A DNA stretch of 64,000 bases, from NCBI GenBank assembly GCA_943787795.1, contig CALSNU010000001.1, forward strand, positions 736,001-800,000. Direction: 5' to 3'. Origin of the DNA: an uncultured bacterium. GTDB taxonomy: Bacteria > Planctomycetota > UBA1135 > GCA-002686595. Made by a program: the position numbers and the translations under genes. Below the pieces are notes generated by a model. That model saw only the letters and a list, made by a program, of their open reading frames with translations. It ran no database searches and was not told the origin of the DNA. Below, in pieces: positions 37,090-45,761 of the stretch (the stretch's first letter is position 1; each line of letters starts with the position of its first letter).

Positions 37090-39576
37090 ATGTTTGAACT
37101 CGACCCCCTCCGCGCGGCTCCTCGGGGCCTCCGCCTTCGAATGCTCGGCGCCGCCCTCCTGACCCTCCTCGCAGGCACCGCGCCGGCGGTCGACGGCTCG
37201 GCCAGCGACCCCGGCCCCGCGGCCGCGGCGGATGAGGGACGCGTCCTCGTCCTAGGCTTCGACGGCGCGGACTGGCGCACCACGGAGCGCATGATGGACC
37301 GCGGTGAGCTGCCGAACATGGCCCGGCTGCGGGCGATGGGCTCTGCTGGGCCCCTCGTCTCCACGGACCCGGCGGAGTCGGCTGCGGGCTGGGCGGCGAT
37401 CAACACCGGCGCCAACCCGCTCAAGAACGGCGTGCCGAGCTTCATCAAGCGGACGATCAGCGACAGCGGGTTCATCTCGCCTGGGTTCGCCCACGTCGAG
37501 GCAGAGACTCGTTCCGTGGAGGACATGGACGCCACCGGGGTCCAGGCGGCCCTGGGGGGGGAAGACCGCTCGATGATGATCGGCTTCGCGGTCCTCTTCG
37601 TGGCGTTCCTGCTGCTCAAGCTGGTCATCAAGGCCAACGGGACCGTCTCGCTCCTCCTGAGTGTTCTGCTCGGCGGCGCCGCAGGCTTCGCCACTCGCTC
37701 GGCCGAGGAGGGCCTCCCCGAAGAGATCACGGGGGTGGTCGCGAACAAGGTCCAGATGGACGGCTTCTGGGTCGAGGCGGCGCGCGCCGGCTACCCGTCG
37801 GTGGCGCTGCAGGCGCCCCTCGCCTTCGACCGCCCCGGCGCCGAGGGGGCGAGGACGCTCTTCGGGCTCGGGCTGCCGGACGTGCGGACCTCGTACAACG
37901 GCGACTGGTTCATCTACACCACCGACACGCTCGCCTCGGGCCGCGCGCCCAAGGGTGACGCCTCCTCCTCGAATTCGGGGACGGGCATCATCTATCGGGT
38001 GGACTTCAAGAAGCCCAAGGACGGTGGGGCGAAGGCCATCGACACGTCGCTCTACGGGCCGCTGAACTTTGTGGAGATGGACCGGGTCTCCCGCCGGCTC
38101 GCTGAGCTGGAGACCGAGATCGCCGAGGCGCAGGACTACAAGTCCAGTCGAGTGCTCGCCGACGAGCAGGAGGACCTCGAGAAGCTCTACGCCGAGATGG
38201 GGCAAATCCCCGGGCGCCCGGGCAAGGAGTACAAGCACCGCGCCACAGTCCCGCTGCGCGTGGTCGCCGGCGCCCAGGACGGCAGCTGGGACGTCACGAT
38301 CGGCTCCGAGACCCAGACGCTCACGCTCGACGGGTGGAGCGACTTCTTCCAGGTCGAATTCGAGCTGAGCCCCCTGGTGTCGGTCCCGGCGGTCACCCGC
38401 GCGCGGATCCTCGGGGACGACCCGTTCGAGATCTACATCGACACGCTCCAGTTTGACCCCGCCAAGCCGTCCTTCTGGCAGCCGACGAGCAGCCCCCTCG
38501 GGTTCTCGGCGGAGCTCGCCCAGGGGATCGGCTCGACGTTTGAGACCCTCGGCTGGGGCTGCATGACGAACCAGATCAAGGATGAGCTCCTGGACCCCGC
38601 GGTCTTCCTGGAGGACGTCGAGTTCACCATGACCTTCCGCCGCAAGCTCATGCAGCGGATGCTCGAGGACGAGGACTGGCGCGTGCTCTACTCGGTCTTC
38701 AGCACGACGGACCGGGTGCAGCACATGATGTACCGCTTCTACGATCCCGAGCACCCCATGTATGACGCGGAGGAGGCGGCGCGCAAGGTCACCTTCTTCG
38801 GCGAGGAGATCGAGCTGCGCGATGCGATCCCCGCCATCTACCGGCAGATGGACAGCATCGTGGGAGAGGCCATGGAGGCGCTCCGCGACGACGACACGTT
38901 GATGCTCTGCGCGGACCACGGCTTCACGAGCTACCGCCGCGGGATGCACGTGAACAACTGGCTGGCCAGTGAGGGCTTCCTGACCCTGAAGGAAGGTCTG
39001 GACAGCACCGCGGGCGGCTTCGCCGCGATCGACTGGTCCAAGACCCAGGCCTACAGCCTCGGCCTCGGGATGGTCTTCCTCAACCTCGAGGGGCGTGAGC
39101 CGGCGGGCATCGTCAAGCTCGAGGACGCTCGCGGCGTCCTGGAGCAGATCCAGTCGCGCTTCCTCGTCGCGGAGGACGAGGGCCGCAAGGTCGGGTCCAG
39201 CGCGACGATCATCCAGGACGTCTACGAGGGGCCGATCGCCTGGGGGTCCAAGGACTACCCGTGCTCCGACCTGATGCTCGGCTTCGCGGAGTTCTACCGG
39301 GTGTCGTGGTCGACGGTGGGGGGCGGCCTGCCGGTCACCCGAGACGACGCAGACGCGGTCGTGCCCAAGCCGACCTACAGCGACAACTCCAACCTCTGGT
39401 CTGGCGACCACGCGTCCAACGACCCCAACGTGGTGACGGGGATCTTCTTCTGCAGCCGGAAGGTGACGAGCGAGGACGGGACGTTCTCGGTGATGGACAT
39501 CGCGCCGACGGTCCTCTCGAGGCTCGGCGCGCCGCTGCCTGCGGCGCTCGATCGGCCGGCTCTCTCGTTCGACTGA
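37090..39576 (+). CDS. Alkaline-phosphatase-superfamily (type I phosphodiesterase/NPP-like) protein
   Basis: VLVLGFDGAD, STDPAESAAGW..INTG, TDRVQHMMYR, ADHGF, WSGDH. Confidence 0.85.
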   Translation: MFELDPLRAAPRGLRLRMLGAALLTLLAGTAPAVDGSASDPGPAAAADEGRVLVLGFDGADWRTTERMMDRGELPNMARLRAMGSAGPLVSTDPAESAAGWAAINTGANPLKNGVPSFIKRTISDSGFISPGFAHVEAETRSVEDMDATGVQAALGGEDRSMMIGFAVLFVAFLLLKLVIKANGTVSLLLSVLLGGAAGFATRSAEEGLPEEITGVVANKVQMDGFWVEAARAGYPSVALQAPLAFDRPGAEGARTLFGLGLPDVRTSYNGDWFIYTTDTLASGRAPKGDASSSNSGTGIIYRVDFKKPKDGGAKAIDTSLYGPLNFVEMDRVSRRLAELETEIAEAQDYKSSRVLADEQEDLEKLYAEMGQIPGRPGKEYKHRATVPLRVVAGAQDGSWDVTIGSETQTLTLDGWSDFFQVEFELSPLVSVPAVTRARILGDDPFEIYIDTLQFDPAKPSFWQPTSSPLGFSAELAQGIGSTFETLGWGCMTNQIKDELLDPAVFLEDVEFTMTFRRKLMQRMLEDEDWRVLYSVFSTTDRVQHMMYRFYDPEHPMYDAEEAARKVTFFGEEIELRDAIPAIYRQMDSIVGEAMEALRDDDTLMLCADHGFTSYRRGMHVNNWLASEGFLTLKEGLDSTAGGFAAIDWSKTQAYSLGLGMVFLNLEGREPAGIVKLEDARGVLEQIQSRFLVAEDEGRKVGSSATIIQDVYEGPIAWGSKDYPCSDLMLGFAEFYRVSWSTVGGGLPVTRDDADAVVPKPTYSDNSNLWSGDHASNDPNVVTGIFFCSRKVTSEDGTFSVMDIAPTVLSRLGAPLPAALDRPALSFD

Positions 39577-39588
39577 GGGGCTGGGATC

Positions 39589-39918
39589 ATGGACGGAGTT
39601 GTTACGCCGATCTCTGCGGCAGACCTGAAGTCGCGCCTCGACGCGGGAGAGGAGCTGGTGCTCCTCGACGTGCGTGAGGCTGAGGAACTCGCGATCTGCG
39701 CGATCCCTGGCGTGACTCATATCCCGCTCGGGGAGCTCAGTGTCCGGCACCACGAGCTCGACCCCGAGGCGGAGACGGTCTGCATTTGCCACCACGGGAT
39801 CCGCAGCGCCAACGCGGCGGCAGGTCTCTCGGGGCTCGGCTTCGAGCGCCTGCTCAACCTGACGGGCGGTGTCGAGCGTTGGGCACGGGACGTGGACCCG
39901 GCCATGGCGCGCTATTGA
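39589..39918 (+). CDS. Rhodanese-like protein
   Basis: LLDVRE, ICHHGIRS, NLTGGVERW. Confidence 0.92.
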   Translation: MDGVVTPISAADLKSRLDAGEELVLLDVREAEELAICAIPGVTHIPLGELSVRHHELDPEAETVCICHHGIRSANAAAGLSGLGFERLLNLTGGVERWARDVDPAMARY

Positions 39919-39997
39919 GGGTCGCGAGGACCGGGCGCTGAAAGGCGGGGGGCCCGTTTCCCACCAAGGGGACAGACCACAGCCCCATTCACTCCCG

Positions 39998-40315
39998 ATG
40001 CCCAACGCACGCCTCCACCGATCTTCTGCGCCCGCCCCGTCTCCTCGAGAGGGGAACCCGTCGCCTCCACCAGGCGACCCGTCACCTCGTCGGGGAGCCT
40101 CTGGCCAGGCCGTGGCGCCTTCAAGGGCCCCGCGGGACCTTGAATGGACCGATCCTGTGACGGGAGAGCGCCTCGGGATCCGCCTTCGAGCGGGGGAGGG
40201 GCTCCTGGGGCGCCTCCTTGGCGAAGGGTTCGAGGTGGCTGATTTGGCCCGTGAGGAGGCGATTGAGGCGGCGATTGGGTCAGCGACTGGGTCGGGCCCG
40301 GGCGTCGCCGCGTGA
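39998..40315 (+). CDS. Small hypothetical protein
   Basis: Fills the gap between rhodanese and purE; C-terminal WTDPVTGERLGIRL segment looks protein-like. Confidence 0.35.
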   Translation: MPNARLHRSSAPAPSPREGNPSPPPGDPSPRRGASGQAVAPSRAPRDLEWTDPVTGERLGIRLRAGEGLLGRLLGEGFEVADLAREEAIEAAIGSATGSGPGVAA

Positions 40316-40396
40316 CTCGGGGGGACACGGGGGCCCCTGGTCGTTATTCTGTCCGGCTTCCCGGCGCGGCCCGACCGTCCCCACGAGCCCCTCTCG

Positions 40397-40945
40397 ATGT
40401 CCGAAGATCAGTCCACGACCCTCAGTCACCAGCTCCCCGAGGACCTGACCGACGCCCCCTCCGGCGCCGCGAAGGTCAGCGTCGTCTTCGGGAGCGCCTC
40501 CGACTGGCCCACCATGCGCGCCACGGTCGAGGTGCTCGACACCTTCGGTGTGGCCTGCGAGTACGGAGTCGTCTCCGCGCACCGGACGCCTGACCGGCTG
40601 CGCGAGTTCGCCGAGGGCGCCCGCGGGCGCGGGGTCGAGGTGATCATCGCGGCCGCCGGTGGCGCGGCGCACCTCCCGGGGATGATCGCGGCCTGGACCA
40701 CCCTCCCGGTCCTCGGCGTGCCGATTCGCAGTCGAGCGTTGAGCGGCGTGGACTCGCTGCTCTCCATCGTGCAGATGCCCCGGGGTGTCCCCGTGGGAAC
40801 GCTGGCCATCGGTGATGCCGGCGCGAGCAACGCCGCGCTCCTCGCCCTCAGGATGCTCTCGACCCATGACGCTGAGATCGAGCAGCGGCTCAAGGCCCAT
40901 GGTGACACCGCTGCCGCCTCGGCTCTCTCTGCGCCCCTGGACTGA
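40397..40945 (+). CDS. purE: N5-carboxyaminoimidazole ribonucleotide mutase
   Basis: [32 protein letters not shown]. Confidence 0.96.
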   Translation: MSEDQSTTLSHQLPEDLTDAPSGAAKVSVVFGSASDWPTMRATVEVLDTFGVACEYGVVSAHRTPDRLREFAEGARGRGVEVIIAAAGGAAHLPGMIAAWTTLPVLGVPIRSRALSGVDSLLSIVQMPRGVPVGTLAIGDAGASNAALLALRMLSTHDAEIEQRLKAHGDTAAASALSAPLD

Positions 40946-40948
40946 GCG

Positions 40949-42100
40949 ATGAACCGCGGAGACGCTCGAGTCGAGCCGGGGGGTACCCTCGGCGTCCTTG
41001 GTGGCGGCCAGCTGGGGCGGATGTTCGGCATCGCGGCCCGCCAGATGGGCTACCGCTTTGCGGTCTACTCCGATGACCTGGGCGGCCCGGCGTCCCAGAT
41101 CGCGGACATGGCTGTTCAGGGCGCCTATGACGACGAGGAGGCGGTCGCCGCGTTCGCCCGTGGGGTCGACGCCGTCAGCTTCGAGTTCGAGAACGTCCCG
41201 GCGGTCGCAGGCGAGGCCGCGGCGAGGCACACCCTCGTGCGTCCCGATGGGTCGTTGCTCCACACGGTGCAGGACCGAACCCGAGAGAAGCGCGGCCTGG
41301 TATCCCTCGGCCTGCCGGTGGCCCCGTTCCACGCCATCGCGAGCGCCGCGGACCTCGAGGCTGCGAGGGAGCGGATCCCGGGCGCGGGTGTCCTGAAGAC
41401 GTCGAGCTTCGGATATGACGGCAAGGGCCAGGCTCGGGTCGGGGACGGGGCGGAGCTCGCGGCGGCCTGGAGCCAGCTGGGGGAGGTGCCCTGCGTCCTG
41501 GAGGAGCTCGTGCCCTTTGAGGAGGAGGTCTCTGTCATCGTCGCGCGGGGCGTGGGCGGCGACGTCGCGATCTTTGAGCCGTTCGCCAACGAGCACACCA
41601 ACCACATCCTTGACGTCACGGTCTGTCCAGCGGCCCTCGAGCCTTCGGTGGCCCAGGAGGTCGAGCGGATCGCTCGCGCCGTCGTGGAGGGCTTCGATGT
41701 GATCGGCGTCGTGTGCGTGGAGCTCTTCAGGCTCGGGGACGGGACGATCCTGGTGAACGAGATCGCGCCGCGACCGCACAACTCGGGTCACCTGACCATC
41801 GACGCCCACAGCTGCTCGCAGTTCGAGCAGCAGGTCCGCGCGGTGGCAGGGTTGCCCCTGGGGTCCAGCGAGCGCGTCGGACCGCCTGCCGCGATGTCGA
41901 ACCTGTTGGGGGACCTGTGGTCGAACGGGACCCCGGACTTCGCCGCGGCGCTGGCCGTCCCGGAGGTCTCGCTCCACCTCTACGGCAAGGCCGAGCCGCG
42001 GCCCGGCCGAAAGATGGGCCACATCACGGCCACAGCGCCCACGGTCGAGCAGGCCGCGGTCCGGGTCCGGGCTGCCCGCGCAGCCCTGACCGGGGAGTGA
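40949..42100 (+). CDS. purK: N5-CAIR synthase
   Basis: GGGQLGRM, EFENVP, GYDGKGQ, NEIAPRPHNSGH, SQFEQQVRA, RPGRKMGH. Confidence 0.96.
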   Translation: MNRGDARVEPGGTLGVLGGGQLGRMFGIAARQMGYRFAVYSDDLGGPASQIADMAVQGAYDDEEAVAAFARGVDAVSFEFENVPAVAGEAAARHTLVRPDGSLLHTVQDRTREKRGLVSLGLPVAPFHAIASAADLEAARERIPGAGVLKTSSFGYDGKGQARVGDGAELAAAWSQLGEVPCVLEELVPFEEEVSVIVARGVGGDVAIFEPFANEHTNHILDVTVCPAALEPSVAQEVERIARAVVEGFDVIGVVCVELFRLGDGTILVNEIAPRPHNSGHLTIDAHSCSQFEQQVRAVAGLPLGSSERVGPPAAMSNLLGDLWSNGTPDFAAALAVPEVSLHLYGKAEPRPGRKMGHITATAPTVEQAAVRVRAARAALTGE

Positions 42101-42177
42101 GCCGGGGACCTCGTGGAATCGAGGGTGTGCCCCCTTCCGCGCAGGCGTGGGGGCTGGGGATTGGCTAGGCTGCGCCC

Positions 42178-43749
42178 ATGAGTTTCCACTGGAAGGTCCT
42201 CCTCTGGATGGCGGCCGGCGCTCTCGTCGGCCTCCTGATGCAGACGTTTCTCCCCGCTCCGGCGTACTCCGGTGTAACCGTCGCGGGGGTCGACGGCGGC
42301 GTGGCGGTCACCGCGGTCGCCAGCGGCAGTCCCGGCGCCAAGGCGGGCCTGACGCTCGGGAGCGAATTCGAGGCGGCCGTGGTCTCCAGGGGCTCGGAGG
42401 ACGAGCGTCGCATCGAGCTGGCGAGCGCGACCGATCTGGACGAGGGCGTCGTCAAGGAGCTCTCGAACGGCGAGGTCGTGTGGCTGGTGCCGTCGGGTAA
42501 TGCTGCGACCGCTGCGGCGGGGGACGTGGACGTCATGGGAGGCGCGGTGGCGCTGACGGTGGCCTTCGCGCCGGACAGTCCCCGTGCCAGGGCAGTGGCC
42601 CCGTTCTCCTTCGCCGCGGACATCTTCCTCGCGCTGCTGAAGATGTTGATCGTGCCGATTGTGCTGACGTCGATCATCACCGGGGTGGCGAGCGTTGGCT
42701 CCATGGGCGACCTCAAGCGGCTCGGCGGGAAGACCTTCGCTTACTACGTCGCCACCAGCATGTTGGCGATCATCGTCGGCCAGCTGCTGGTGAACATCAT
42801 CAGGCCCGGGGACGGCGCGACGCTCGGGCTGTCCCCCCTGACGGCGGCGGGGGCGAGCCCGGACGCCAGCTTTATCGAGGTCATCAAGCGGATGATCCCG
42901 AGCAACATCGCCGCGTCGCTGACCGACAACGGCGCGATGCTCTCCATCATCTTCTTCGCGCTGATCTTCGGGTTCTTCATCACCCAGACCGCCGAGCCGC
43001 ACCAGTCGCGGGTCAAGGAGCTGTTCGAGAGCCTCCTCGAGGTGGTCATGACCATGGCGGAGGGGATCCTCAAGCTCCTGCCCTACGGCGTCTTCGCGCT
43101 GCTGGTCAAGGTCGTGGCGAGCACCGGCTTCGCGCCCTTCAAGGCGCTGCTGCTGTACATGATCACCGTCGCCCTGGCGCTGGTGATCCACGCCACGGTG
43201 ACCCTTCCGATCCTGCTACGGTCGATCGGCAAGATCCGCCCGATGGACTGGTTCCGTGCCATGTCGCCGGCGCTGATGACGGCCTTCAGCACCTCGTCGT
43301 CCTCGATGACCTTGCCTGTGACCCTGAGGACCGTCGAGGAGCGCGGCCGGGTCAGCAACCGCGTGACCTCCTTCACGCTGCCGCTTGGAGCGACCATCAA
43401 CATGGACGGCACGGCCCTCTACGAGTGCATCGGGGTCATCTTCCTGGCCCAGTACTACGCGGCAGTTGGAGACTTCGAGCTCACCATGGGCGCCCAGGCG
43501 CTCGTGGTGGTGCTGGCGCTGCTCGCCAGCGTCGGCGCAGCGGGAATTCCCTCTGCGGGGCTCGTGATGATGCTCACGATTCTCTCGGCCCTGGAGCTGC
43601 CGCTCGAGGGGGCGGCGCTGCTCCTCGCGGTGGACCGCCCTCTGGATATGATGCGGACCGTCGTCAACGTGTGGTCGGACTCCTGCGCCGCCGCGGTGGT
43701 CGCGCGCAGCGAGGGAGAGGAAGGTCCGCTGGCTCCCGCCACGGCCTGA
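42178..43749 (+). CDS. Dicarboxylate/amino acid:cation symporter (DAACS) with a soluble insertion after TM1
   Basis: FLALLKMLIVP, AFSTSSSSMTLP, LGATINMDGTAL, GAAGIP, DMMRTVVNV. Confidence 0.92.
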   Translation: MSFHWKVLLWMAAGALVGLLMQTFLPAPAYSGVTVAGVDGGVAVTAVASGSPGAKAGLTLGSEFEAAVVSRGSEDERRIELASATDLDEGVVKELSNGEVVWLVPSGNAATAAAGDVDVMGGAVALTVAFAPDSPRARAVAPFSFAADIFLALLKMLIVPIVLTSIITGVASVGSMGDLKRLGGKTFAYYVATSMLAIIVGQLLVNIIRPGDGATLGLSPLTAAGASPDASFIEVIKRMIPSNIAASLTDNGAMLSIIFFALIFGFFITQTAEPHQSRVKELFESLLEVVMTMAEGILKLLPYGVFALLVKVVASTGFAPFKALLLYMITVALALVIHATVTLPILLRSIGKIRPMDWFRAMSPALMTAFSTSSSSMTLPVTLRTVEERGRVSNRVTSFTLPLGATINMDGTALYECIGVIFLAQYYAAVGDFELTMGAQALVVVLALLASVGAAGIPSAGLVMMLTILSALELPLEGAALLLAVDRPLDMMRTVVNVWSDSCAAAVVARSEGEEGPLAPATA

Positions 43750-43788
43750 CCCGGTTAGACTGTCCGCCCGAACCTGTCGATACCAGCT

Positions 43789-44805
43789 ATGAACACCGGC
43801 TCACTCAACGAACGAATCACGCGCGCTCTCGCCTTCATGCTCCGTCACCAGCCGGAGGAGTTCGACCTCGAACTCGACCGCTTCGGCTGGGGGGACCTCG
43901 AGGACGTGGTCTACGCTCTTCAGGAGCGTACGGGCTCCACGGTGGAGGAGGAGGACGTGGCCGAGGCCATCGAGTCCAGCGATCGACCGCGGTACGAGAT
44001 CAAGGACGGCAAGATCCGCGCCCTGTACGGGCACTCGATCCAGATCGACCCCGGTGAGGCCACCGAGCCGCCGGACGAGCTCTTCATCGGCGTCGGGAGT
44101 CGTGACGCCTCCCGGGCCGAGGACAGCGGCCTGCGGAGCGGCCGACGCGCGTTCCTTCACCTCGCTCGAACCGAGGAGGAGGCGAGGGAGTCGGGGCGCC
44201 GTATCGCCCGCGACTACGCCGTGGTGACGGTCTTCGCCGGCGAGGCTTTCGACGAGGGCACCGAGTTCTATGACCGCGGCGCCCTCTTCCTGGCGGACGA
44301 GATCCCCGGTGAGTTCCTCGAGGTCGGCGAGATTCAGCATGACGGCATCGAGCGCGACGAGAACCGACGTTCGCGCGGCCGCCGCAACGCGGACGGTCCC
44401 CGTGGATCACGCCGCGGCCGAGGTCGCGGGCGCGGTCGAGGTGGACGTGATGACGAGCGGTCGTCGAACTCGGACCGTGACCGGGACCGCAGCGAGCCTC
44501 GTCGCGACCGCGAGGAGCCCCGCCGCGAGGAGCCCCGCCGCGAGGAGCGAGCGCCTCGCGAGGCGGAGGCTGCGCCTGCGGAGTCCGGCTCATTCGGAGT
44601 CGGTCTCGCCGGAGCCGCGGCCCGGCGCGCCGAGGACACGGAGCGATCCAAGCCGGAGCCGAGGAAGGCCCAGGACCAACCGAAGACTGAGCCGAAGACT
44701 GAGCCGAAGACTGAACCGAAGGCCGAGCGTAAGCCTGAGCCTCGCAAGCAGGATCGTGAAGAGGAGCCGGGGTCGGCCCCCTCTGGATTCGGCGCGGGAC
44801 TGTAA
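43789..44805 (+). CDS. kptA: RNA 2'-phosphotransferase (Tpt1/KptA family) with long low-complexity C-terminal tail
   Basis: FMLRHQPEEFDLELDRFGW, IRALYGHS, GRRAFLHLA. Confidence 0.8.
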   Translation: MNTGSLNERITRALAFMLRHQPEEFDLELDRFGWGDLEDVVYALQERTGSTVEEEDVAEAIESSDRPRYEIKDGKIRALYGHSIQIDPGEATEPPDELFIGVGSRDASRAEDSGLRSGRRAFLHLARTEEEARESGRRIARDYAVVTVFAGEAFDEGTEFYDRGALFLADEIPGEFLEVGEIQHDGIERDENRRSRGRRNADGPRGSRRGRGRGRGRGGRDDERSSNSDRDRDRSEPRRDREEPRREEPRREERAPREAEAAPAESGSFGVGLAGAAARRAEDTERSKPEPRKAQDQPKTEPKTEPKTEPKAERKPEPRKQDREEEPGSAPSGFGAGL

Positions 44806-44816
44806 TTCCCCGCACC

Positions 44817-45761
44817 ATGGGGCTCGCCCAGCGCCTCCCCGCGCTCCCCGACGGCTTCAAGGTCGTCGAGGGAGAGCGTGGGGTGATCGCCTGTCGCGCG
44901 GCTCAGCTCGAGGCGCTCCTCGCCGCCGGGTTCTCGCCGGACGGCCGTCACCGGGCCCGCGGGGCTTCGGAGATGGAGGACGCGGCCGAGGCCGGTCGGG
45001 AGCCCCTCGGCAAGCTCGAGGTCGGCGGCGTTCCCTGCCTCGCGCGCCGCTTCAGCCACGGTGGTCTTGCCAGGGCTATCACGGGTCGCAGGTTCAGGGA
45101 CCCGTCGCGCCCCTTCAACGAGCTGATCCTCTCCGAGGCGCTCCGTGAAGCCGGAGTACCGACCCCGCGGGTGCTGGCGGCGCGCGCGGTCCCGGTCTTT
45201 CCCTTCGGCTACGAGCTGACCCTCGTCACGGAGCGTCTTGGGGGGACGCTCGACCTGGGGCACCTCCTCGGCGCGGTGCGTCGGGGGGAGCGGGGCGCAG
45301 GCGATCTCCGGCGCGCGCTGGACTCCGCGGGCGCCCTGGTGCAACTCGTCCACGACGCGGGGTGCCTGCACGCGGACCTGCAGCCAGCGAATATCCTCCT
45401 CCATGAAGGGTGTTGGGCAGAGGCCTGGATCCTCGATCTCGATCGCTCCCGGATCCAAGGCGCCGGAGGCCTCCCCGAGGCCGCGCGAATTCGAAACCTC
45501 GCCCGTCTCTGGAGGCACGTGGCGCGCCGCGAACGCGACCACGGCCCCGTGGTCGGCGCCGGAGGTGCGCTTCGCTTCCTGCGGGCGTACGGCGTTGGGT
45601 CTTCGGATCTTCGGCGCTGGCTCGATGAGATCCGGGAGGGAGCGCGCGAGGGGGGGCTATTGCACGGGGCCGGGTGGTGGCTCGAGCGCACCTTCGGTCG
45701 CTCGGTGGATGCCCGGGCCGCCGCCAGTAGCCGTCAGCCGCCCATGACGCCACGGGGGTAG
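44817..45761 (+). CDS. Kdo/lipopolysaccharide kinase (KdkA/InaA family)
   Basis: RRFSHGG, RPFNEL, GVPTPRVLA, HDAGCLHADLQPANIL, ILDLDR. Confidence 0.82.
   Translation: MGLAQRLPALPDGFKVVEGERGVIACRAAQLEALLAAGFSPDGRHRARGASEMEDAAEAGREPLGKLEVGGVPCLARRFSHGGLARAITGRRFRDPSRPFNELILSEALREAGVPTPRVLAARAVPVFPFGYELTLVTERLGGTLDLGHLLGAVRRGERGAGDLRRALDSAGALVQLVHDAGCLHADLQPANILLHEGCWAEAWILDLDRSRIQGAGGLPEAARIRNLARLWRHVARRERDHGPVVGAGGALRFLRAYGVGSSDLRRWLDEIREGAREGGLLHGAGWWLERTFGRSVDARAAASSRQPPMTPRG

Noticed and set aside
37252..40005. 917-aa minus-strand ORF (also 45828-48896 +, 24734-26896 +, 40280-42022 -, 21438-23345 -)
   Set aside because: Antisense shadows of well-supported genes, expected in high-GC DNA; no recognisable motifs
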